DNA of 64,000 nt from positions 1-64,000 of the forward strand of contig JAHIUW010000023.1 in NCBI GenBank assembly GCA_018816865.1. The letters run 5' to 3'. Below, piece after piece: positions 7,886 to 16,625 of this stretch. The position numbers and the translations under genes were made by a program. The notes under the pieces are model-generated. The model made no database searches, had not been told where the DNA came from, and saw only the letters and a list, made by a program, of their open reading frames with translations. Within the stretch, counting starts at the first letter, position 1. Every line of letters begins with the position of its first letter. The stretch comes from Pseudomonadota bacterium (GTDB lineage Bacteria > Desulfobacterota > Desulfovibrionia > Desulfovibrionales > Desulfovibrionaceae).

Positions 7886-9804
7886 TGAAGATCGTGAACG
7901 TTTTTGGAATGTCCTTAGCGTTGCTCCTCGTGTGCGGGGTGTTTTCTCCGCGGTCTGCTGCCTGGGCGCGGGATACCAGCCAGCCCAAGCCTGAACTCTA
8001 TCAGGCCATTGATCTGGGCGATCTTGCCCGGGCGCGGGTCGCCATCCAGAGCGCCGACGTGAATGCCATCTATGACCGGGATACAATGCTCTGCTGGGCG
8101 CTGCGAAACGAGAACCCGGAGATCACGAAGCTGCTGCTTCAGTCGCCCAGGGTGGACGTCAACAAGCGGGGCATTGGCTATGACGCCTACGGTGATTGGG
8201 AACGCACACCCTTGATCCTTGCCGCACACATGGGCCAGGCCGAGATGGTGGGCCTTTTGCTGCAGCGGGGCGCCAAAGTGAACGCCAGGGACCGCACGGA
8301 CAGCACACCGGAGGCGCGGGGGAACACCGCGCTGCTCAAGGCCGCGCAGAGAGATCACACGGAGGTGATCCGGGTGCTGCTCACCCAGGGGGCGGGCATT
8401 ACAGTCGATGCGCAGACCAAGGATGGCATGACGCCGCTGTGGTTCGTTGCGGAATATGAAAACCTTGAGGCGGTGCAGCTCCTGCTCGCCCACGGCGCAA
8501 AAATCAATCATCCCAACGTCGTGGGCCAGTCCCTGCTTGTGGGAACGTTTCTGCACAAAAAGTACGACGTCTTGGAGTTCCTTGTCGCCCAGGGCGCAGA
8601 CATCAATATGGTGGCAAATAGCGGGCTCACGCCGCTGATGGAGGCCGTCACCGAGCTCGGCGGTAAGAATGCAAAAACGGTCCTCAGGTACATTGAAAAA
8701 TTCATCACCTTCAAGCCCAAGCTGGACCTGGAGCAGATCAAGTCGAACGGTGGCGGCTTTAGTGCCCTGCATCTGGCCGCGCGCTTCGGGTTTGTGGATG
8801 CAGGCAAACTGCTGCTGGACAATGGCGCCAGCATCGACATCAAAGATCTGGCCACGGGCGGCACGCCCTTGCATTCCGCCGCAAGCGCCAACCAGGTCGA
8901 CTTCGCCAGGTTCCTGATCCAGCGCAAGGCCAACCTCGAGATTTTCGACAAAAGCGGCTCGACCCCGCTGATGGTGGCCGTCTATCAGGCTGACGCGGAC
9001 ATGGTGGAGGTCCTGGCGCAGGCCGGAGCGGCAATCAACACCAAATCACCCGTCAATATCCTTGTGACGCCCCTGGTGTATGCCGCCTCGAATCCCGATC
9101 CCTCCAAGCACAAGGACAACCTCTCCATCATCAAAATCCTCGTGGACAACAAGGGCGACATCAACTTCCAGTCCGCCAATGGCAGAACGGCGCTCATGGC
9201 CGCTGCCGCGTGCTCTGACCAAGCGAATGGATACGAGAAAGGGGCCTTGCTGCTCAACCACGGTGCGGACCCCGATGTCGTGAACGACAAGGGAGAGACG
9301 GCCCTGATGCTTGCTGCGGGCGCAGGGAATGAAAAACTCGTTAAGCTCCTCGTGGATAAGGGCGCCGACGTTACAAAAAAGAACGGCGCCGATGAAACGG
9401 TGATGAGCTATGCCAACCGATCCGGCAACAAGGGCAGTACGAGGTTGCTGGAATCCAAAGGCGTCGTGCCTGAAGCCCCCATTGTCAGAAAGAGCGTCAT
9501 TGTCGACGCACTGATCGGAACCTGGAAGGGCTTTCAGGATGGGCTTCCCCAGGCCTTGTACACCGTGGTCCTGAACAAGGACGGCAGCTTTGACTTCACT
9601 TCAAGGTTCACGCCCGAGGCCCTGAAGCAGTTCCCCAAGGGCGCAGTGAATCCGATCATTGCCGCCCAGAAGGGGACGTATACGTTCAACAATGATATCA
9701 TGATCTGGAATCTTGTCGGTGCCCCTCCCACGTCCATGAAGTGGAAGCTGGAGAACGGCGTGCTGGTCATCGACAACAAAATCAGACTGAAAAAGACCAA
9801 GTAA
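7886..9804 (+). CDS. Secreted ankyrin-repeat protein with a C-terminal beta-rich, lipocalin-like tail. Probable GTG start at 7886; the track ORF begins at 7708.
   Basis: Signal peptide VKIVNVFGMSLALLLVCGVFSPRSAAWA. At least eight ankyrin units (TPLxxAAxxGxxExVxLLLxxGAxVN). GGAGAG RBS 8 nt upstream of the GTG. Confidence 0.8.
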
Positions 9805-10029
9805 CCCCAGCAGGGGGCGCGCCAATCGTCCAGAGGCAGGAGAGACCGCACCCCCGCGGGAGCGAACGCCGCGGCCCTTTCAGCAGATGAAAGGCCCCGG
9901 CGAGGGGGCTGGGTGAGCGACCCTTGCCTCTTCCCGAGATGCGTGGCAGTGGGCGGACAGACAGCGTTGATTTCCCGCTCTCTCCAGGGACTGGAGGAGA
10001 TGCGCTTGTGAACAATTCGTAGGACCCAG

Positions 10030-11082
10030 GTGACAATGCCCAAGACCAAAGACTTTTTTTTCAATGAGCACACCAGGCACGGCCTCAAGGTCGGGCTGGC
10101 GAGTGTCTTGGCGTACGTCGCGTCCGGTCTGCTTGGGTTGCCCTATGCGTATTGGGCCGTCATCACCACGGTCATCGTCATGCAGATGCATGTGGCGGAC
10201 TCCATCCAGATGTGTCTGTATCGGTTCACCGGGACGGCCATCGGTGCGGCCATGGGCATCGCCATGATCCTGATCTTTCCGCCCACACCCCTGTTCACAC
10301 TGCTCGGGATCTTTGTCGGGACAAGTGTTTGCGCCTATCTGACGCGGTACAACACGCGCTTCCGCATGGCGGCCATTACCGTGGCCATCGTCTATCTGAC
10401 CAGCCTTGGCGACGCGCATCGCATTCAGTTCACGCTGTTTCGGGTGGCGGAAATAGGCATGGGCGTGCTGTGCGCTTTCTTTGTTTCGGTGGTCGTGTGG
10501 CCCCAAAGGGTCGCCGGAGCCTTGCGGGAAAGGCTGCGAGGTCAGTTTGTCGAACTCGCGGAATTGGCCGCACTGCTCATGGACAACTTTCTCTCTCTGC
10601 AAAAAAAGACCGACCCTAAGCTTTTCGACGATCTCGCGAGGGAGAACGAGAAGAACAGGGAAATGTTCCATAAGGTCTTCGTCACGGAGAGGCGGTTGTT
10701 CCGGGACGACGTGGGGCTGCTCTCCCTGCAGGTGAGCGCGTTCAGTTCCGTGCTGGAGAGGCTGCGGGCCATGCTCATCCTGCTGAATGAAGCGGAGGGC
10801 GAGGGCTTCGAGATCATTATGGCCCCGGAGCTGGGAGAGCTGACGCAGGCGACCGCCGCGGCACTGCGGGACCTGGGGGCGGGACTCACGCATGACTGTA
10901 GCCGCCTGGAGCGCGCCATCAGCGCCATTGAGCCCCGGTTCGTCGAGCTGCGCCGGCAAGGGGTGACGCAGCGCTTTGATGCCCAGCGCCTCTTCCAGGT
11001 GCTTGGGATCATCAATTCGGCGCAACACCTGGGGGACTATGTCCTCGAAAAGCTCAGGCGCGAGGACGCTCCCCATAGCTGA
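10030..11082 (+). CDS. FUSC/ArAE-family (fusaric acid resistance-like, aromatic acid exporter) membrane protein.
   Basis: N-terminal multi-TM region (YAYWAVITTVIVMQ...) followed by a cytoplasmic coiled region; architecture typical of YccS/AaeB-like proteins. Confidence 0.65.
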   Translation: MTMPKTKDFFFNEHTRHGLKVGLASVLAYVASGLLGLPYAYWAVITTVIVMQMHVADSIQMCLYRFTGTAIGAAMGIAMILIFPPTPLFTLLGIFVGTSVCAYLTRYNTRFRMAAITVAIVYLTSLGDAHRIQFTLFRVAEIGMGVLCAFFVSVVVWPQRVAGALRERLRGQFVELAELAALLMDNFLSLQKKTDPKLFDDLARENEKNREMFHKVFVTERRLFRDDVGLLSLQVSAFSSVLERLRAMLILLNEAEGEGFEIIMAPELGELTQATAAALRDLGAGLTHDCSRLERAISAIEPRFVELRRQGVTQRFDAQRLFQVLGIINSAQHLGDYVLEKLRREDAPHS

Positions 11083-11213
11083 GCCTGCCCGGCATCCGAC
11101 TCCCGAAATGGAATCTTCTTTGAAGCTCGTCCTGGAAACGGTTTGGACAGGTAGAAAAGGACGGGCTTGGTAAAGCCGGAGGGCTTCGACCTGGTTCAGG
11201 GAATAAACAACTT

Positions 11214-11304
11214 TCTCATGTCGCCAGTGGGGGTTAAACCACTCTGGGGCGCCAAATAAAATCATCGGAAAGCCAGGGAGTGACGCTCTCTGGCTTTATT
11301 TTGC
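11214..11304. repeat. Repeat family 1, copy C: the most diverged tRNA 3'-half-like segment plus terminator hairpin.
   Basis: gtgggggttaaaccactctggggcgcca, then ggaaagccagggagtgacgctctctggctttatttt. Confidence 0.55.
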
Positions 11305-11422
11305 GTTTCCGGAAACGTAGGTCGAGATCGGGAGGCTTGCTTGGAGAGAATCCCCAGGTCGGGGCGTTTTCCAGGGAGAATGCAGGGACCTTCTCTCCGA
11401 CTGCCTGTCGTAGTGCAAAGGA

Positions 11423-11446
11423 GAGGCCCCGCTGGGGCAGGGCCTC
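11423..11446. terminator. Repeat family 2 GC-rich hairpin (GAGGCCCCGC-TGGG-GCAGGGCCTC) with a conserved TGCAAAGGA 5' flank. Likely terminator of the minus-strand operon ending at 11645.
   Basis: 10-bp inverted repeat. A second copy with 90%-identical flanks sits at 16575-16598. Confidence 0.6.
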
Positions 11447-11644
11447 GGTGGAATCAGGAGTAAAAAGGAGGGGCACTACATCAGGGCCGCACGGCTCCTG
11501 TCTTCCAGGGCCTCTCCTTTGCAACACACCGCCGTCTGCCACGACCTGTCGCAATTCCTGTCGTTATTCGACGGTCCTGGATCGTCCCGCCATCCGAAGT
11601 CAGAAACTCAGACTATAGCCCGGACAGTCACGTCCACCGGGGCC

Positions 11645-12070
11645 TCAGCACTCTTTGGAAGCAGAGCGGCAGGCATTGGTAAGCCTGTTCTCAATATACT
11701 GATAAAACTCGTCATCGAACTCGTAGAGATCGAAACACTTGGCGTCTTCGCCCAACAGGCCTTCGGGGACCTCGTCTCCACGCTGGTCCGGGTCGTCCAC
11801 GAGTTCGTTATAAAAACAGACCGAGAGCCATCGGTCAGCAGGGTCGTCATCGATAATGTCCACCATGGCGAACAGGCTCCGCTTTTGCTGGTTGGCATGA
11901 GAGGCGCGCAACGAATAGGTGATGCCCGGGCGGGCGATAAAAGTGAGGTTTACGTCACTGAGTCCCTCAAGGTGCTCCATGAAGCGAAGGAAGCATCGCT
12001 TGGTCCGATTCGGGTCTTTCGACCAGGATTCAAGGAATAATGTCAGTTCCTCGGTGCAGGTGGCATCCAT
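11645..12070 (-). CDS. Acidic hypothetical protein, last gene of the Cys-rich operon.
   Basis: Intact 141-aa ORF in a lower-GC stretch. The opposite-strand ORF 11519-12040 is less plausible. No recognisable motif. Confidence 0.4.
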   Translation of the reverse strand: MDATCTEELTLFLESWSKDPNRTKRCFLRFMEHLEGLSDVNLTFIARPGITYSLRASHANQQKRSLFAMVDIIDDDPADRWLSVCFYNELVDDPDQRGDEVPEGLLGEDAKCFDLYEFDDEFYQYIENRLTNACRSASKEC

Positions 12071-12124
12071 TGTTTCGGTTCTCCTCGCTTGTTGATTTGC
12101 CTATGTAGTCCACGACTCCAGCCA

Positions 12125-12622
12125 TCAGATATGGGGGATGTTACGGACAAAATCCTCCAGGAATATTTTCAGGTCATCCACCTTTTGGCTGCTGATGGTC
12201 GGGACGTCGGTGGCCAGGGCTTGCACCTTGTCCAGGGGAACGTTGATCGCCTTGTGCACCGTATAGGATTCCACGTCCTCGCCTTCCGGGACTCGGCCGC
12301 AGCCGCCGATGATGCCGATGAATTCATCATTCGCAAAGATGGGGGTACAGATTTTGAGCATTCCCGCGTCGCACTGCTCGAGGATCGTTTTCCCTGTGGA
12401 CCGGGCCTGTTTGGCCATGTGCTGATGCGCTACGGAACAGATCGCCTGGATTCCCTCAGGGTGAGATTTGATCTCGGCGCACAAGGGGTTGATGAAGTTC
12501 TTGAAGCCCGTAAAGGTCATCCCCTTGGCGTCATAGGCGCATGCGTTGACTCCCCAGTTGTTGTGCAGGTTCTTTTCCAGGTCGGCCCATTGATTCTTGG
12601 AAAGCAGGTCAGTCATTTCCAT
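12125..12622 (-). CDS. Cys/His-containing hypothetical protein, possibly ligand-binding (PocR-like?). Family not recognised with confidence.
   Basis: 165-aa ORF 45 nt downstream of the CGGC-like gene. Conserved-looking C...C/H pattern (CAEIKSHPEGIQAICSVAHQH, IGIIGGCG). Confidence 0.45.
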   Translation of the reverse strand: MEMTDLLSKNQWADLEKNLHNNWGVNACAYDAKGMTFTGFKNFINPLCAEIKSHPEGIQAICSVAHQHMAKQARSTGKTILEQCDAGMLKICTPIFANDEFIGIIGGCGRVPEGEDVESYTVHKAINVPLDKVQALATDVPTISSQKVDDLKIFLEDFVRNIPHI

Positions 12623-12664
12623 GGTGATCTCCTTGTTCTCAGATGTTCTGGTGTGGATGAGGCG

Positions 12665-13039
12665 TTAGATTTCAGGGGAGTATCCTTCGGGCAGATGAGC
12701 CGTGCCCTTGATGCAGGGAATGCCGGTGGCTTCGCGCATCTGGGAAAGCAATTGTTCGTGCTTTTCGCAAAAACCATCGCCTTCCAAAACCCACTTTCCA
12801 TCGACCTTGTTTGCAAAAAGACAAGTGGCGACGTGAATAACCTCAGCGCCTTTGGCCTTGAGGATCTTGGCCAGATTGACCACATTGTCCCCAGGGCAGC
12901 GGCAGGTGAAAATGCCTGCAAGCGTTGCCGCATCATAGGACTTGAAGCCCTGCGTTCTTTGCTCCAGGCAGGTGATACAGCCCGTTAACGGGCAGGTAGT
13001 TTCGTTTTTTTCGCAGCGGATGATTCCAATTTTTGTCAT
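12665..13039 (-). CDS. CGGC-domain-like Cys-rich putative metal-binding protein. Start at MTKIGIIRCE.
   Basis: The start MTKIGIIRCEKNETTCPLTGCITC resembles the CGGC-domain family; several Cys pairs (CRCPGD, CLFANK, CEKHE). Confidence 0.45.
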   Translation of the reverse strand: MTKIGIIRCEKNETTCPLTGCITCLEQRTQGFKSYDAATLAGIFTCRCPGDNVVNLAKILKAKGAEVIHVATCLFANKVDGKWVLEGDGFCEKHEQLLSQMREATGIPCIKGTAHLPEGYSPEI

Positions 13040-13070
13040 GCTGTCTACCTGTGTTGAATAGAATGTGTTG

Positions 13071-13517
13071 TTATTTTTCCTTTTCCATACGCAAGGTGCG
13101 TTTGTAGTAATCCCCCACGGCCTCTTGGAGGGCATTTGCCGCTAACGAGGCGCAATGCGCGTCATCGTCGGGAAGGCCTCCCAGGCGATGGAGGATGACC
13201 TTTCCGGTGATGGCGGAGAGGGCGTCGCTGTGTTTGTTCAGGGCGAGTTCCGCAGCCATGGAGCCACAGATCAGACTGGAGCCGCAGCCGGTTGTTTGGA
13301 ACCCGGACTGACAGACCATGTCGTCTTCGATATTCAAGAAAATGGTTATGTTGTCGCCACACTCTCCGGTCATGGAGCCCCGACAGTTGGTCTGTGGCGG
13401 TTCCCCCATGTTGGGAGGATTGCGCCAGCGGTCATAGGCCTTCTGGCCGTAGAGCGCGCTGGTTTCTTTGTCCATGCGATCTTGCAGGTCGTTGACGAAA
13501 TCATTGATGTCAGCCAT
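13071..13517 (-). CDS. NifU/IscU-like Fe-S cluster scaffold protein.
   Basis: The three scaffold Cys motifs GECGD, GCGSSLI and HCASLA at canonical spacing. Confidence 0.8.
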   Translation of the reverse strand: MADINDFVNDLQDRMDKETSALYGQKAYDRWRNPPNMGEPPQTNCRGSMTGECGDNITIFLNIEDDMVCQSGFQTTGCGSSLICGSMAAELALNKHSDALSAITGKVILHRLGGLPDDDAHCASLAANALQEAVGDYYKRTLRMEKEK

Positions 13518-13609
13518 GGCCCGTTCGTCTCCTTTTGATGGAATATATAGCGATCACCAAGCGTGGGCCCGGTGATCGCCGTAGGGTGGGCAGTACTGAC
13601 CGGGAACAC

Positions 13610-13954
13610 CTATTCGGCGTCCCTTTGATCCAGTTCGGCCATGCGCCGTTGGATGGCCTTTAGTTCTGATTCAAGAATCCTTGCTTGGTTTTGTAGGGCC
13701 TGTTGCTCGTCTTGCGGGCTGGGCGTGAATGCGGCCCCGGCAAGGGGAAGGCCCTGCCAGCCTCCGCAGCGGCCACCACGACCTCCCCGGAAGCCAAAGC
13801 CATAACGCAGGCGCATGCCGTTTGGCCCGTAGCCTGCCCCGTAGCCTGCGCCATACCCCCATGGGGTCGGGGCGTTGACGCCGGTGCACCCACCTAGGCC
13901 CCGGCCCGAGGCCGGGCCGATTCCCATAGGACCCGTTCCGTCTCTGCGTGGCAT
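13610..13954 (-). CDS. DUF5320-family protein. Start at MPRRDGTGPMGIGP.
   Basis: The N-terminus MPRRDGTGPMGIGPASGRGLGGCTG matches the DUF5320 signature; Gly/Tyr-rich middle; C-terminal coiled coil. Confidence 0.6.
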   Translation of the reverse strand: MPRRDGTGPMGIGPASGRGLGGCTGVNAPTPWGYGAGYGAGYGPNGMRLRYGFGFRGGRGGRCGGWQGLPLAGAAFTPSPQDEQQALQNQARILESELKAIQRRMAELDQRDAE

Positions 13955-13974
13955 GATTGCCTCCTTTGCTAATG

Positions 13975-14667
13975 TTACGCCCGCACCAGTGGCGCGTGGC
14001 AGTTCGAACATCTTCGTTGCGAGCAGGGGATGCCAGGCACAGCCTCAACCCTTTGTCCGCAGTGTGGGCATCGGCATGAGACCTGTTTCCGGTTCAAGGA
14101 CGATGCCTCCGGCGGTGTGGCGGGTTCCTCGCGCACATTGCCCTCGCCTGGTTCCATGAGTTGACCGCGTCTGTGCGCATGCCTGCCCTGACCCGACCAG
14201 GACTGCCCCCCTCGTCCGAATCTTCCGGCCCAGAGGAGGTTGCCAGCGGTTGGTTGAGAGCCGCGGGTCATGGAAAGCCTCCCGGCGTATCCTGGAACCA
14301 TGAATTGCTGATTGTCGAGTTGGTCGGCCCGCCATGCTGTGATGAGTTCTTCCAGGTCACCCATGAGGAAAGAGTGAACCGTGATGCCTTGCGCGGCAAT
14401 GACGCCGGACAGCTGCCGCGAGATGGCTCCGCACACCAGGACATCCACTCGCCATCTCTGCAACGCGGCGGTGGTGGCGTATGGTGCTTCGGTCGGCATG
14501 CGCACCACGCGGAGTGGTGTTTTGCAACAAGGGTCCTTCGCCACAAGGACGGCCTGCGACGCGACATCAAAGACCGGCGCTATCCGCTCTTCCCAGACGC
14601 TGAAAGCTGCGTTCATGGTGGGGCCTGCTCCTTCTTGCATTGAAAGAGCAGTATCCATGCCAAGCAA
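13975..14667 (-). CDS. NifX/NafY/NifB-type dinitrogenase FeMo-cofactor-binding domain protein (MTH1175-like) with a C-terminal zinc-ribbon extension. Start uncertain.
   Basis: RIAPVFDVASQAVLV...VDVLVCGAISRQLSGVIAAQGITVH matches the Nif_FeMo_cofactor fold. C-terminal CRCPHCG...CSNCH. Confidence 0.65.
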   Translation of the reverse strand: MLGMDTALSMQEGAGPTMNAAFSVWEERIAPVFDVASQAVLVAKDPCCKTPLRVVRMPTEAPYATTAALQRWRVDVLVCGAISRQLSGVIAAQGITVHSFLMGDLEELITAWRADQLDNQQFMVPGYAGRLSMTRGSQPTAGNLLWAGRFGRGGQSWSGQGRHAHRRGQLMEPGEGNVREEPATPPEASSLNRKQVSCRCPHCGQRVEAVPGIPCSQRRCSNCHAPLVRA

Positions 14668-14744
14668 CAGCCCTGCGCCGTTTGTTTCTATTTGGCTGTC
14701 TTTATTGAACTAAAATTGATTTGCAGGAGGGGAATGTCGTTGAT

Positions 14745-14786
14745 GGGTCGCAATGCTGCGACCTTTCGGAGTGAAAGGGTCGCAGT
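14745..14786. promoter_or_regulatory. Array of three alternating GGTCGCA/TGCGACC half-sites between the sigma-54 activator gene and the NifX-like operon. Candidate UAS/operator, with a weak sigma-54 -24/-12-like element overlapping on the minus strand.
   Basis: GGTCGCAatgcTGCGACCtttcggagtgaaagGGTCGCA. On the minus strand aGGtcgcagcaTTGCg has correct GG-N10-GC spacing about 65 nt upstream of the ORF start. Confidence 0.4.
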
Positions 14787-14790
14787 TCTG

Positions 14791-16182
14791 CTACTCGTTC
14801 TCGGGGTTGGGCAAGGCCGAGTTGTTGCCCCGTGGGGGTGATTCGATGCCCAGTTCTTTGATCTTCCGGAACAGGGTGCTTTTGTGAATGCGAAGATCCT
14901 TCGCTGTCTCCAGTCGGTTGCCGCCGGCGCGCTGAAGCGCGTTCAGGATTAGTTGCGCTTCCATGCTCCTCAGCGTCGCGGCCAGACCGAGCGGGGACGG
15001 ACCCAAGGTGGAGGAATCCGGCGTTAAGAATTCTTCGGGCAGGTGACAGGGCTCGATCATCCCCCGATCACAGACGATGAAGGCCCGTTCGATGACATTG
15101 CGCAGTTCTCGAACATTGCCGGGCCAGAAGTGGTAGGTCAGTAAAGCCAGGGTCTCAGGAGCAAGGGCCTCGACTTGCTTGCCCTGGAGTGCGTTGAAAT
15201 GTTGGATGAAATGCATGCATAGCAGGGGAATGTCCTCCTTGCGGCAGCGCAGGGGTGGCAATTCCACTCGGGCTACATCAATCCGGTAGTACAGGTCTTC
15301 GCGGAAACTCCCTTCCTGGACCAGTTCCTCAAGGCGACGGTTCGTGGCGGCGATTATTCGCACATCCGAGGTCACCGATGCGACGCCGCCCAGGGGTTCG
15401 TAGACATGTTCCTGCAGGACCCGCAACAGCCGGACCTGCATGGCCGGACTGATATTGCCCAGTTCATCAAGAAAGAGAGTTCCGCCCGAAGCCAAGGCGA
15501 AACGACCCGGCTTGTCCCTGTGCGCCCCAGTAAAAGCTCCGGCCTTGTAGCCGAAAAGTTCGGACTCAAGCAGAGACTCCGGCAGGGCTCCGCAGTTCAG
15601 CGCCACAAAGGGGGCACCCTTGCGAGGGCTGAGGGCGTGGATGGTGCGAGCGATCAGTTCCTTGCCCGTGCCTGTCTCCCCCTGGATAAGCACGGTGCTG
15701 GAACTGGCGGCGATGGGTTCAAGGGAGGCGAAGATGCGCTGCATCAGCGGACTGCGGCTGACAAGATCGCCAACACGGAATCGTCCCTCGAGTTCGTGGC
15801 GCAGGGCCTCCACTTCGCTCAGATCACGGAAGGTCTCGGCACCTCCGATGACTTCTCCTGCAGCATTGCGCAGGACGGCCGTGGACAAGCTGATGGGAAT
15901 CTGGTTTCCCGAGGCGTCGATGATGTAGCCCGTGCGACCGATCAGGGGCTTGCCGGTGCGCTGGGTTTCGCGCAGACAGCAATGGTCGCCGCACATGGAG
16001 GATCTGAATACTTCCGAACAACGCTTGCCGAGTGCTTCATGGCGGGGGATGCCGGTGATCTCCTCGGCGGCCCGATTGAACGAGAGGATTCGCCAGTCGG
16101 GGTCCACCGTGAACACACCGTCCGAGATGCTTTCCAGGATTGCCTCATACTGGTCGGGTGATGGTATGGGTTTGATGGTCAT
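14791..16182 (-). CDS. Sigma-54-dependent Fis-family transcriptional activator with an N-terminal PAS domain.
   Basis: PAS (SISDGVFTVD). AAA+ sigma-54 interaction domain with GETGTGKE, the GAFTGA motif and ESELFGY. C-terminal HTH. Confidence 0.9.
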   Translation of the reverse strand: MTIKPIPSPDQYEAILESISDGVFTVDPDWRILSFNRAAEEITGIPRHEALGKRCSEVFRSSMCGDHCCLRETQRTGKPLIGRTGYIIDASGNQIPISLSTAVLRNAAGEVIGGAETFRDLSEVEALRHELEGRFRVGDLVSRSPLMQRIFASLEPIAASSSTVLIQGETGTGKELIARTIHALSPRKGAPFVALNCGALPESLLESELFGYKAGAFTGAHRDKPGRFALASGGTLFLDELGNISPAMQVRLLRVLQEHVYEPLGGVASVTSDVRIIAATNRRLEELVQEGSFREDLYYRIDVARVELPPLRCRKEDIPLLCMHFIQHFNALQGKQVEALAPETLALLTYHFWPGNVRELRNVIERAFIVCDRGMIEPCHLPEEFLTPDSSTLGPSPLGLAATLRSMEAQLILNALQRAGGNRLETAKDLRIHKSTLFRKIKELGIESPPRGNNSALPNPENE

Positions 16183-16574
16183 AGCCGAAATCCTTCACTC
16201 CTGTTTCATCTGGCTCTGGCTCAGGCAAGGCTTACGCGGTTTCATCACCTTCTAGGGTCTTCAGGGTGCTCTCAAGCGTTTCACCGGCAGGATTGAAAAT
16301 ATACTTCTCCTGAAAGATTGATGCGTCAAATAGGTGTGTTGATGCAGAGTTGACAATCAACCACCGAAATCCGCCCGAGTCAATTTATCGAAAAAAGATT
16401 CGAAGGTAATCCTTAAGTTGATTGGCTGGATTGGAAGAGCGGTTGGCGAGTGTCCCTTGTCTGATTCGCAGTTCTGGTGCCGTGCGGTTCCGGCACCAGG
16501 GTGGGGGACTTTTGCTGAAAGGACATCTTCCCCTCATTCTTGACTGGTCGAGCGTTGCAAAGAAGAGGCCCCGC

Positions 16575-16598
16575 TGGGGCGGGGCCTCGACGGAGAAC
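16575..16598. terminator. Repeat family 2 hairpin (GAGGCCCCGC-TGGG-GCGGGGCCTC) downstream of modC, with the conserved TGCAAAGAAGA flank.
   Basis: Perfect 10-bp inverted repeat; the minus-strand reading is followed by TTCTTTGCA. Confidence 0.6.
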
Positions 16599-16625
16599 CA
16601 GAAGTGAAGAGGATGGAAAGGGTCG

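Noticed and set aside
16183-16560. A hairpin GGTGCCGtgcggttCCGGCACC and G-rich tract upstream of the sigma-54 activator gene, considered as another family-1 repeat copy.
   Set aside because: Its sequence is unrelated to family 1 or 2. It is likely a local promoter or leader structure for the activator gene.
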